Below are positions 18,101-29,438 of a DNA stretch of 64,000 nucleotides, in pieces; positions within the stretch are counted from its first letter, which is position 1, and every line of letters starts with the position of its first letter. The translations under genes and the position numbers were made by a program. Below the pieces are notes generated by a model. It ran no database searches. It saw nothing but the letters and a program-made list of their open reading frames with translations, and was not told the DNA's origin. Origin of the DNA: an uncultured delta proteobacterium (lineage in GTDB: Bacteria; Myxococcota_A; Polyangia; Fen-1088); NCBI GenBank assembly GCA_963767925.1, contig CAVYGB010000010.1, forward strand, positions 1,120,001 to 1,184,000, in the 5' to 3' direction.

Positions 18101-20929
18101 GGCGACCGCCTGGGAGAACTCCGCCCGCCACAGGTGGGCCTCGGCCTGGGTCAGGCGCAGGGCCCCCACCGCGTCGGAGGCCACCTCGGCCCGCCGGGCC
18201 GGATCCAGGGTGGCGATGGTGGCGAGCCCCATCTGGGCGCGCCCGATGGCGCTTGGCAGATCGCTCGCCCGCAGGGCCTGCTCGGCCGCCTCCCGGTACC
18301 AGCGCACCGCCCGCACCGGCTGGTTACCCCGCCGGAAGTGCTGGGCCAGCACCATGGCGTCGGGGCAGGCCACCTGCTCGAGGTAGTCGCCCGCGAGCTG
18401 GTGGCCGAGCACGCTGTCCTCCTCGGTCAAGGTGGCGTAGGCCGCGTCCCGGATGAGGGCGTGGGAGAACGACAGCTCCCCCTCCGAGCCCTGCCCCCGG
18501 GCGTGCACCGCGACCAGCTCGCGCACCACCAGCCGATCCACCCACTCGCTCAGGTGGGGCAGCTCGGCCTCGCCCCCCAGCAGCGCCGCCAGGCCCCGCC
18601 GGGAGAACTGCTCGCCGAAGATGCTGGCCGCCCGCAGGATCTGCTTGGCCACGTCCCCCTCGGCGTCGAGGCGGGCGTGCACCATGCCGAGGATCGAGTC
18701 GGGCAAGCTGTCGGCGCGCCCCTCGCGGGCCGCCCGCACCAGCTCCTCGATGTAAAACGGGTTGCCGTCGGCCCGGGCCACGATGGCCGCCACGGCGGCG
18801 GGCGTGGCCTGGGCGCCGAGCGCCTCCTTCACCAGCCGCTCGGCCGCCTTCTTCGACAGGGGGCCGAGGTCGATCTGCGCCGGGCGGCAGTGGGCCCACA
18901 GGTCAGGGAAGGTGTCGCGCAGCTCCGGCCGCCCCAGGGCCAGCACCAGCAGGGTCGAGTCGCGCAGGGTGCGCAGGGCCGCGTCGACGAAGGCCACCGT
19001 GCCGGCGTCGCCCCAGTGCAGGTCGTCGAGCACCAGCAGCACCGGCTGCTCGTCGCACTCGGCCTTGAGCCAGTCCTCGAAGGCCCGCCGCATGAGATCG
19101 CCCATGAGCTGCGGGTTGGCCCGGGCCGCCCGCAGCGCCTCGCTCTGCGAATCGGGAAAGGAGATCCGGCACAGCTCGCCGAGGAAGGCCAGGCGCTTGG
19201 CCGCGTCGGCCCCGCTCTCGGGCGCGTAACAGGCCTGCAGCTTGCGCCGGCTCTCCTCGAGCGGCTCGCCGTCGCAGATCCCGGCGTGCCGGCGCAGCAG
19301 GCGGGCCAGCAGGGCGAAGGGGGAGCCGGCGGCCAGCGAGTCGGCCCCGGTGTACATCACCTTCAGCGCCGGGGCCTGGCGCTGGGCCGCGGCCAGGAAC
19401 TCCTCGAGCAGCCGGGACTTGCCGATGCCGGAGGGGCCCACCACCACCGCCGCCTGGGCCGAGCCGTCGTCGAGCCCCGCGGTCAACATCCCGGTCAGCC
19501 CGCCGAGCTCGCGGCTGCGCCCCACGAAGGCGGTGGCCCGCCCGAGCAGCTTGCCCCGCCCCTCGGTGACGGTGGGATCGCTCTCCAGGAAGACCCGGGT
19601 CCCCTCGCGGGCGAGCTGGAAACGCGCGTCGGCCAGCACCGCCACCATGTCGTGCAGGCGGATCCGCCCCACCGGCGTGTCGCCCATCATCTCGGCGGCG
19701 ACGTCGATCATGTGCCCCAGCCCGACCGAATCGTCGTCGACGCTGACCTGGCCCGACACGACGACGATGGGCCGGTCCGGGGTGTGGCGGCGGGTCACCA
19801 GGGCGGCCTGGGCGGCGCGGGTGGCCAGGTCGGTGGCCTTGCCCAGCGGCGGCATGCGGACGATGTACGACCGGTCGGGGAAGCTGTGCACCACCGCCCC
19901 GAACGAGCCGACGATCTCGGCCTCCAGCGCCGACAGCTCGGGCGCCGCCCCCGCCCGCTCCACCACCACCGCGGTGACGTCGCTCCTGGCGCTGGCGAGC
20001 TGCAGGCGCGCCCCGTCGGGGGGACCGGCCATCACCAGGCAGGCGATCCGCTTCTCGGACAGGGTCAGGCTGACGCTGGCTCGCCGGCGGCGGTACTCCG
20101 GCCGCACGTCGGGCAGGTCCTCCAGCTTCTCGATGGCGGCCAGCAGCTCGGCCCCGTCGGCGGGGCGCTTGCTGGGGTCCTTCTCCAGCAGGCGGGCCAC
20201 CAGGGCGGCCATCGCGTCGGGCACGGTGGGCGCCAGCTTCTTCACCGAGGGCGCCTCCTCGAGCATGATCTTCGTGAGGAGGGCCCCCACGTCGTCGCTC
20301 TCGAACGGCGTCCGCCCGGTCAGGCAGCGGTAGGCCACGCAGCCCAGCGAGTAAAAATCGATGCGCCGGTCGACCGCCCGGCTCCCCATCACCACCTCGG
20401 GGGCGACGTAGGCCGGGGTGCCGAGGAAGACGCCGGTCTGGGTCAGCTTGCGCTTGGCCTGGGCCAGCCGGGCCACCCCGAAGTCCAGCAGCTTGAGGGC
20501 CTCGATGCGGCCGCCCGGCAGGTACAGGTTCTCGGGCTTGATGTCGCGGTGGATGATCTCCCGGTCGTGGGCGAAGGTCAGCGCCTGGGTGGTCCGCCGC
20601 AGGACGCCCAGCACCTCGAACAGGCTGAGGGGCTCCTTGTCGGCCCGGACATCCAGGCTCTCTCCGTCCAGCCACTCCATCGCCATGAAGTGCTGGTCGC
20701 GGGTGACCCCGTGCGCGATGTAGCGCACGATGGCCGGGTGGGAGAGGGTGGCGAGGATCGCCGCTTCCTGGGCGAAACGTTCGGCGTCTCGAATCTCTTC
20801 GCTGGCGAGGATCTTGAGCGCGACCTTCGAGCCATCAACGAGGTCATGGGCACGGTAAACCGTGCCCATGCCGCCGCTCCCGGCCTTCTTCTCTATCTTG
20901 AATCGGCCTGCAACGATGGAGCCGATCAT
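15119..20929 (-). CDS. Ser/Thr kinase - AAA ATPase - TPR protein fused in frame to an OPT oligopeptide transporter
   Basis: GSGGMG, HRDIKPEN, DFG, APE; Walker A GPSGIGKS and Walker B LVLDDLHWGD; TPRs; OPT motifs NTYAGLKTG, ELNVVQTVAS, LPFPTGQATA, LKAGQRLGARPRAQ. Confidence 0.85.
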   Translation of the reverse strand: MIGSIVAGRFKIEKKAGSGGMGTVYRAHDLVDGSKVALKILASEEIRDAERFAQEAAILATLSHPAIVRYIAHGVTRDQHFMAMEWLDGESLDVRADKEPLSLFEVLGVLRRTTQALTFAHDREIIHRDIKPENLYLPGGRIEALKLLDFGVARLAQAKRKLTQTGVFLGTPAYVAPEVVMGSRAVDRRIDFYSLGCVAYRCLTGRTPFESDDVGALLTKIMLEEAPSVKKLAPTVPDAMAALVARLLEKDPSKRPADGAELLAAIEKLEDLPDVRPEYRRRRASVSLTLSEKRIACLVMAGPPDGARLQLASARSDVTAVVVERAGAAPELSALEAEIVGSFGAVVHSFPDRSYIVRMPPLGKATDLATRAAQAALVTRRHTPDRPIVVVSGQVSVDDDSVGLGHMIDVAAEMMGDTPVGRIRLHDMVAVLADARFQLAREGTRVFLESDPTVTEGRGKLLGRATAFVGRSRELGGLTGMLTAGLDDGSAQAAVVVGPSGIGKSRLLEEFLAAAQRQAPALKVMYTGADSLAAGSPFALLARLLRRHAGICDGEPLEESRRKLQACYAPESGADAAKRLAFLGELCRISFPDSQSEALRAARANPQLMGDLMRRAFEDWLKAECDEQPVLLVLDDLHWGDAGTVAFVDAALRTLRDSTLLVLALGRPELRDTFPDLWAHCRPAQIDLGPLSKKAAERLVKEALGAQATPAAVAAIVARADGNPFYIEELVRAAREGRADSLPDSILGMVHARLDAEGDVAKQILRAASIFGEQFSRRGLAALLGGEAELPHLSEWVDRLVVRELVAVHARGQGSEGELSFSHALIRDAAYATLTEEDSVLGHQLAGDYLEQVACPDAMVLAQHFRRGNQPVRAVRWYREAAEQALRASDLPSAIGRAQMGLATIATLDPARRAEVASDAVGALRLTQAEAHLWRAEFSQAVARGTEATGALRPGSALWFRGLAQTVVGVAKQGKAEELAVLARDALNTECDADAGSAQVICMAWAATFLLVADRRREADLMLVRMGEIVKGLDDPDAQALALLHQAQAARASVLGDQAACLTSLEAALAAFDMAGDVRNVSTVRSNIGFVVAELGVWERAESVLRDALADAQRMGLAELEAVVQHNLGRVLAIRGDLTAGEMLERQAIDSFARQGEPRLEGLARTYLAEIRLLAGSPTDAEALANEAIEVLKSSPAARVQALAVRAAAALALSRTQDALAIAQKANQELDTLGSIEEGEAAVRLVYAECLAAAGRQPEATAVIDLACKRLRERADGIADTDLRKRFLSDVPVHARALQLARAWTVELELPPRAPMRPAGDKDAPPVAPAAGVGDAAGAASAGEPEVTVRALVVGGGLGVVLAAANTYAGLKTGYIDGGSITATLLGSALLGAIGRRAASARELNVVQTVASSAAVMSFAAGVSAPIPALVMAGHAVPGGTLLVWGLALAGLGIALGAWLRARLIESEALPFPTGQATAEVVRAVAAGQGAGRGRLVSLLVALGVAGALSWLRDGPLHLIPGAWMPDLAIGALAAGTLTVGLAASPLLLATGILVGPRIAFSMVLGAALAWGLFAPAALRAGLAPEPGYAALVPILLWPGLALLVGSALTTLALAAPAIARSLGDLALALRRARVETPDAASSPTAGSLASGGDEDGSRRPAPPAGAGRSRARAGVVVVAVAIVAAVLAVGVIGAVVFGLSPLVLLALLPIAVLLAAASARAAGETDQAPVGQVGSVVQLGVGGAGVVPALAAGGLVSGIATQTAQTLWALKAGQRLGARPRAQLLAQVVGAAIGAAVVVPVFALVRAAYPLGSERMPAPAALAWKATAEAAQGDAPFARPLILEVTALAAIAGILLTLLERRGLRWLPSATAMGAAFVLPAFLSMTILVGALLFAAVARARPVWSDTHGASLAAGGIAGESLLGLALAAWAVLGG

Positions 20930-20944
20930 GCGTTATTCAGTCAC

Positions 20945-21757
20945 CTACTCCCTCAGGAAGACGGTGATGACCTCGGCGAACACGCGGTCGCGCTTCTGGC
21001 GCCCGTCGCACTCGCGGAAGCTCCCGTCCCGGGCGGTGTCCTCGCAGACGCGGTCGCAAGACCCGACGACCTTCATCGGGCAACCGGCCAGCGAATCGCC
21101 ACACACACGCGGGATCGAGGGGGTCCCGGGCGAGTGGCAAGCGAAAATCTGACTCGAGCTATCGAAGAAGTTGCCGAAGTAGGCGGCCTCGCGGGCCGGG
21201 AACTCGCGGGCCTCGTTGCGCTCCAGCTTGAGGGCCTCGTGGTCGCCGCGCATCGAGATCTGCACGTGCTCACCCTTCTTGTTGAGGCGGGACAGCATGC
21301 AGGCGGTCATCCAGCGCTGGCACTCGCCGTCGCAGGCGTCGTCCTTCCACTCGGGCGCCACGCCGATGTCGCCCTCGAACTTGTAGCGCTTGCCGTCGAT
21401 CTTGTAGGTGATGCTGTCGTCCTCGGGCAGCGCGCAGGAGACCAGGTAGGTGACGAACTGGTTGACGGTCGGGTTGGCGAGGCCGCCGTTGAAGGCCAGG
21501 CCGTTGTACGCCATGCCGTTGAAGGCCAGGCCGTTGAAGGCCAGCCCGTTCCAGGACAGGCCGTTCCAGGACATCCCGTTCCAGGACAGGCCGTTCCACG
21601 ACATCCCGTTCCAGGAGAGGCCGTTTTCGCCTTCCAGCGCGGCCTGCGTCGAGGAGACGTCGTCCGCATCGATGCTGTCGATGGGGGGGCCTTCACAGCC
21701 GGCCACAGCCGCCAGCAGGGTCGTAACCGCAATCACCGAGAGTTTTTTTCGTTGCAT
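20945..21757 (-). CDS. Lipoprotein with NG[LM][SA][WFY] pentapeptide repeats and a Cys-rich myxobacterial domain
   Basis: VAGC lipobox; nine tandem pentapeptides; YLVSCALP...GVAPEW...CQRWMTACMLSRLN. Confidence 0.85.
   Translation of the reverse strand: MQRKKLSVIAVTTLLAAVAGCEGPPIDSIDADDVSSTQAALEGENGLSWNGMSWNGLSWNGMSWNGLSWNGLAFNGLAFNGMAYNGLAFNGGLANPTVNQFVTYLVSCALPEDDSITYKIDGKRYKFEGDIGVAPEWKDDACDGECQRWMTACMLSRLNKKGEHVQISMRGDHEALKLERNEAREFPAREAAYFGNFFDSSSQIFACHSPGTPSIPRVCGDSLAGCPMKVVGSCDRVCEDTARDGSFRECDGRQKRDRVFAEVITVFLRE
21485..21625 (-). repeat. 15-bp coding tandem repeat
   Basis: Encodes NGLSW NGMSW NGLSW NGMSW NGLSW NGLAF NGLAF NGMAY NGLAF NG. Confidence 0.9.
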
Positions 21758-22003
21758 GGCTTACTAATCGGAGACCCGAGAAATTTTCTTTAGAGCCTCT
21801 CCGCAGGGCCCGCGGGAGGCCGCGGGGACATGTCGGTCCTGCCCCGCGCGGGGGGGGCCGGGCAGGTCGGCGAGAAGGCAGAAAAGGGCCATGAATCTCC
21901 GGAAGTAGATCGGCGGCTCGTCCCTGTCCGTTGAGGAGCTTTCACCGTGCACAGGGGGCGCCCCGAGGGCCCGCGACCGCACGGGTCAGGCGGGCTCCCC
22001 AGG

Positions 22004-23233
22004 TCAGAGCGCGCTCGGAAGGTTCGCCTCTTCTTCAGCCACCAGCCGCCAGCCCGGGAGCGACTCCCAGAGGCCGAGCGCCTCGATGCTGCGTCGGTCC
22101 AGGCCGGCCGGCTCGGTCACCCCCGGGGTGGGCAGCAACATCTCGTCCGCCAGGGCGCAGGCCACGTGCACCGCCGTCACGACCTCGAGCGGGTCGCCGC
22201 GCTTGCGCTTGGACGGACGCGGCTCGTGGTGGAAAGCCACCGCCTCCACCGAGGTCGCGGGCAGCCCCCACAGGCCCAGGAGATAGGCCCCCACCTCGGC
22301 GTGGGTGAAGCCAAACAGGAGCTGCTCCGCCTCGCGCGGCGGCACGCCCGACTTGCAGGCCTCTATGACGAGGGCGAAGCGCTCGGGCCACCACAGCCAG
22401 AGCACCAGCTTGCCGGCGTTGGCCAGCAGGGCGGTGGTGAAGGCCAGGTAGGCGTCGTTGGAGTTGGACATCAGCCGCCGGGCGATACGCGCCGACAGCA
22501 GCGCATGTTCGTGCAGACGGGCCAGCGACAGCCCCGGCATCGAGGGGGCCTGCTCGACGTTCTGGACCAGGCAGCTCGACAGGGCGAGGGCCCGCAAGGA
22601 GTCGCGGTCCATGCGGGCCACCGCATCGTCGAGGTTCCCCACCGGGTTGGTCTGCCCCCCCGCGCTGGAGTTCACGATCTGCAGCAGCTTGGCCGACAGG
22701 GCCAGGTCCTGCTCCACGATGCGGAACAGGCTGGTGGCGCTGCTGCCCGGCTGGATGAGGGTCTCGGCGAGCTGCTCGGAGACCGCCCGCTCGGTGGGCA
22801 GGCTGGTCAGGCGCGACATGAACCGGCGCAGCCGCTCGTCCGAGACCAGCCCCCGCAGGGCCGAGGCTCGGGCCAGCACATCGGAGATGGTGTCGGTGGG
22901 ACAGGGCTTGCTGAGGAACTGGTGGGCGACGCCCAGCGCGCGCAGCACGTTGCTCCGGTCGGTGTAGCCGGACAGGACGATGCGCACCACCTCCGGCTGC
23001 TGCTCCATGACGATGCGCAGGAAGGAGACCCCGTCCATGGCCGGCATGCGCATGTCGGCCACCACGACGTCGTAGGGCCCGCGCGACAGGGCCGCCAGCC
23101 CCGCCTCGGCGCCCTGGGCGAAGGAGAGGTCGATGGACCCGCGTTGCTTGCGCAGGCCCGCCCGCAGGCCTTGCAGGACCTCCGGCTCGTCGTCCACGAA
23201 GAGAACCCTTTGCATCCCCGGATCGACGCTCAC
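22004..23233 (-). CDS. Response regulator receiver + HDOD domain protein
   Basis: LFVDDE, DMRMP, LSKP; DLALSAKLLQIVNS, THAEVGAYLLGLWGLP. Confidence 0.92.
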   Translation of the reverse strand: MSVDPGMQRVLFVDDEPEVLQGLRAGLRKQRGSIDLSFAQGAEAGLAALSRGPYDVVVADMRMPAMDGVSFLRIVMEQQPEVVRIVLSGYTDRSNVLRALGVAHQFLSKPCPTDTISDVLARASALRGLVSDERLRRFMSRLTSLPTERAVSEQLAETLIQPGSSATSLFRIVEQDLALSAKLLQIVNSSAGGQTNPVGNLDDAVARMDRDSLRALALSSCLVQNVEQAPSMPGLSLARLHEHALLSARIARRLMSNSNDAYLAFTTALLANAGKLVLWLWWPERFALVIEACKSGVPPREAEQLLFGFTHAEVGAYLLGLWGLPATSVEAVAFHHEPRPSKRKRGDPLEVVTAVHVACALADEMLLPTPGVTEPAGLDRRSIEALGLWESLPGWRLVAEEEANLPSAL

Positions 23234-23272
23234 GAGCAGCGCCCATCGGCGGAAAGGGATCCGAACCTGAAC

Positions 23273-23830
23273 CTACCCGGCGCCGGTGCGCCCCGGTGGG
23301 TCGCTGCCCACAGCCGCCCAGGCCAGGTCGTCGGCCCGGGCCCACAGCCGCAGCGGCTCGGGCAGGGGGGGCGACTCGGCGGGGAAGCCCCCTTCGTCGA
23401 GGACCTGGGCCGAGGGGACGTTGCCGCCCGGGCCGCGGAACAGGCCCCGGGCCAGCCCCAGGCAGGCCACCTGCCCGTCCTGCATGAAGCGCTGCTCGAA
23501 CACGAACCAGCGGTCGTCCCAGCCCAGCACCCGGGTGCGCAGCTCGAACGCCGAGAACGGCTGCAGCGAGCGGCGAAAGCGGATCATCGCCGAGCCGATC
23601 AAGGGCCAGCGCTGGCGGTGGCCGCGCGGGCGGTACAGCCCCGCCCGCACGATGACGTCGAAGCGACCGAGATCCATCAGCGCCAGGTAGCGCCCGTTGT
23701 TCATGTGCAGGTTGACGTCGAGGTCGTCGGGCATCACCCGGAAGCGCAGCACCGACTCGGCCAGCACGTCGACCCGGGGCGCCCGCAGCGCCCGCAGCAG
23801 GATCAGCAGGGTGCGAAGCAAGAGGCTCAT
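23273..23830 (-). CDS. Hot-dog fold acyl-CoA thioesterase
   Basis: DLDVNLHMNNGRYLALMDLGR, IRFRRSL. Confidence 0.9.
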   Translation of the reverse strand: MSLLLRTLLILLRALRAPRVDVLAESVLRFRVMPDDLDVNLHMNNGRYLALMDLGRFDVIVRAGLYRPRGHRQRWPLIGSAMIRFRRSLQPFSAFELRTRVLGWDDRWFVFEQRFMQDGQVACLGLARGLFRGPGGNVPSAQVLDEGGFPAESPPLPEPLRLWARADDLAWAAVGSDPPGRTGAG

Positions 23831-23900
23831 GACCCCTCCTTGATACCCCAGCGACCCAGGGAGAAAAGGAAACGACGTTCGGGTCGGGCCCGGGCGGGCG

Positions 23901-26473
<2,573 letters not shown>

Positions 26474-26477
<4 letters not shown>

Positions 26478-29344
26478 CCCCCGCCCGGATCGAACGGCGC
26501 CGCCGGCTGCTGCGCCGCCACCCCCTGGCTCGAGAGGATCTCCAGCGTGCGCCGGTCCGCCCGCAGGGCCTGGCCGGTCGAGCTGTCGAGCCGGGCGATG
26601 GCTTCGGGCGTCCCCTCGCCCACCACCTCGCCGCCCTCGTCCCCGCCCTCCGGCCCGAGGTCGATGATCCAGTCGGCCGCCCGGGCCACCTCGAGGTTGT
26701 GCTCGACGACCACCACCGAGTTGCCGGCGTCGACCAGCCGGTGCAGGGCCGCCAGCAACACCGCCACGTCGGCGGGGTGCAGGCCGGTTGTCGGCTCGTC
26801 GAGGATGTAGAGGACGCCCTGGCTGCTGGCCGCCTCCGCCAGGTGGCCGGCCAGCTTCAGCCGCTGCGCCTCGCCCCCCGAGAGGGTGGGGGCCGGCTGC
26901 GACAGGGCCAGGTAGCCGAGCCCGATCTCGAGCAGCGGCTGCAGGGCCCGCACCACCCGCCGGTTGTCGGCGAACAGGCGCGCCACCTCGACCGCCGGCA
27001 GGTCGAGCAGGCCGGCGATGTCGTAGCCCCGGCAGCGCACCTCCAGCACCTCGGGCCGGAAGCGGCGCCCGTCGCAGGCCGGGCAGCGCACGTAGGCGTC
27101 GGGCAGGAACTGCAGCTCGATCTTCTCGTAGCCCGCGCCGTTGCAGGTCGGGCAGGCCCCCGCCGCCGAGTTGAAGGAGAAGGCCGAGGCCGACAGCTCC
27201 GCCTCCTTGGCCCCGGGGGTGGCGGCGAAGGCCGCCCGCAGCGGATCGAGCACCTTCAGGTAGGTGGCGGCGTTCACCCGCGAGCTGGCCCCCAGCGGGC
27301 TCTGATCCACCAGCATGACATCGCGGATCGCCTCGGCGCCCTCCAGCGCCTCGCACTGTCCCGGCTCGGACTCCGCCAGCCCGAGCTGCCGGCGCAGGTT
27401 GCGGTAGAGGATCTGATCGACGAGCGTCGACTTGCCCGAGCCGCTCACCCCGGTCACGCACACCAGCCGCCCGAGCGGCAGGTCGACCGTGACGTCCTTG
27501 AGGTTGTTCTCCCGGGCCCCCCGCACGCGCAGGCGCCCGGCCTGGCCGTCGCCGTCGCCGCCCTCGGGGCGCACCGGCCGCCGCTCGCGGCCCGGGTTGG
27601 TCTGCAGCCGGCCCGCGAGAAAGGCCCCCGTGCGCGAGCGGGGCTCGGCCAGCAGCCCGGCCAGCGGGCCCTGGTACACCAGCTCGCCCCCCTCCCGCCC
27701 CGGCCCCGGGCCCAGGTCGATGACGTGGTCGGCGGCGGCGATCAGCGCCGGGTCGTGCTCCACGACCACCACGGCGTTGCCCGCCTGGGCCAGCTTGCGC
27801 AGCACCCCGCTCAGCTTGCCGGCGTCGCGGGCGTGCAGCCCCACCGAGGGCTCGTCGAGCACGTAGAGCGTGCTGGTCAGCGCGCTGCCGAGCGCGGTGG
27901 CGAGCGACACCCGCTGCGCCTCGCCCCCCGACAGGGTGCGCGACTGGCGGGCCAGCGTGAGGTACCCGAGCCCCACGTCGACCAGGAAACGCAGGCGCCC
28001 GCGCACCTCCCCCAGCAGCAGGTCGGTGGCGGCGTCGCTGGCCCGGGGGGCGAACCGGCGGAAGAAGGCGTCCACCTCGGCGATCGGCAGCGCCTCCAGA
28101 TCGGGCAAGGTGAAGCCACCCACCCGGAACAGCAACGCCTCCGGCTTGAGCCGCGAGCCCCCGCAGGCCGCGCAGGGCAGGTAGCGGCGGTAGCGGGACA
28201 GCAGCACCCGCACGTGCATGCGGTAGGTGCGCCCCTCGAGCCACTCGAAGAAGCCGCGCAGCCCGTACCAGCGCCGCTTCCAGTTCTGGCGGCCGCCCGG
28301 CTCGCCCTCCCAGACCAGGGCCCGCGTCGCCTCGGGCAGCTCCGCCCAGGGCAGGTCGGCGGAGAGCCCCGCCCGCTTGAAGAAGCGCTCGAGGTCGTCC
28401 TGGCACTCCTTGTAGCCCGCGCTCTGGAAGGCCCGGATGCAGCCGCCGGCGACGCTCAGCCGGGGATCGGGGATCACCTGGTCGGGGTCGATGTCCATGG
28501 TCCGGCCGAAGCCCTTGCAGGACACGCAGGCCCCCACCGGGTTGTTGAAGGAGAACACCGCCGGGCTGGGATCGGCGTAGTCGATCCCGCAGGCCGCGCA
28601 GCGCAGCCGCTCGGAGAAGGCCTGCAGCTGCCCCCCGACCTGCACCTGCACGTCGCCCCGCCCCCAGCGCAGCGCCGCCTCGAGCGAGTCGACGACGGTC
28701 TGGCGGCGGTCCCCGCTGAGCGTGACCCGGTCGAGCACCACCGTGACCGAGCCGTCGATCGCCGCGAAGCTCGCGTCCTCCAGGGACACGACCTGCCCGT
28801 CCTCCAGCAGCCGGCGCAGCCCCGCCTGCACGAACAGCTCGCGCAGGGCGGCCGGTTTGGCCTTGCCCACCCGGGTGCGGAAGCAGATCAGCGCCGCCTG
28901 CCCCTCGCCCGCCGCGAGCAGCCGGTCGAACACCGCCCCCGCCGAGGTGCGCTGGGCCACCTCGCCGCAGCCGCGGCAGTGCAGCTCGGCCACCCGCGCG
29001 AAGAGGGCCCGCAGGTAGTCGGCCACCGAGGTCATCGTCCCCACCGTCGAGCGGGAGGTGCGCACCGGCGCCGTCCGATCGATCGCCACCGAGGGCAACA
29101 CCCCCTCGATCCGGTCGGCCTTGGGCCGGTCGAGCCGCTCGAGGAACTGGCGGGCGTAGGGGCTGAAGGTCTCGACGTAGCGCCGGTAGCCCTCGGCGTA
29201 TAGGACATCGAACGCGAGCGAGGACTTGCCCGCGCCCGCCACTCCCGTCACCGCGGTGACCGCGCCGAGCGGCACCCGCACGGTGATGCCCTTGAGGTTG
29301 TTCTGCCGGGCCCCTTCGACCCGGATGGCGCGGAGGTCGTCCAA
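26474..29344 (-). CDS. uvrA: UvrA-like ABC ATPase, first unit of a double-length UvrA
   Basis: GARQNNLK, GVAGAGKSSLAFD, AEGYRRYVETFSPYARQFL, two LSGGEAQR signatures. Confidence 0.9.
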
Positions 29345-29438
29345 GGAAGACCGGGCAGCATGATCGCCCCCCGCCCCCCGCGCAAGGGATTGTGCCGGCG
29401 GCGGACGCGCGCTGCGTTCGGCCCGCCGGTGCGCCGAT

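Noticed and set aside
16376..21793. 1805-aa plus-strand ORF and similar long antisense ORFs (e.g. 26699-29203, 34245-36827, 56623-58905)
   Set aside because: Stop-poor shadows of real genes caused by extreme GC3 bias; no recognisable motifs
26478..28406. N-terminal extension of the 1501-aa UvrA ORF
   Set aside because: Off-frame overlap with the first UvrA unit; low-complexity Gly/Ala/Arg sequence
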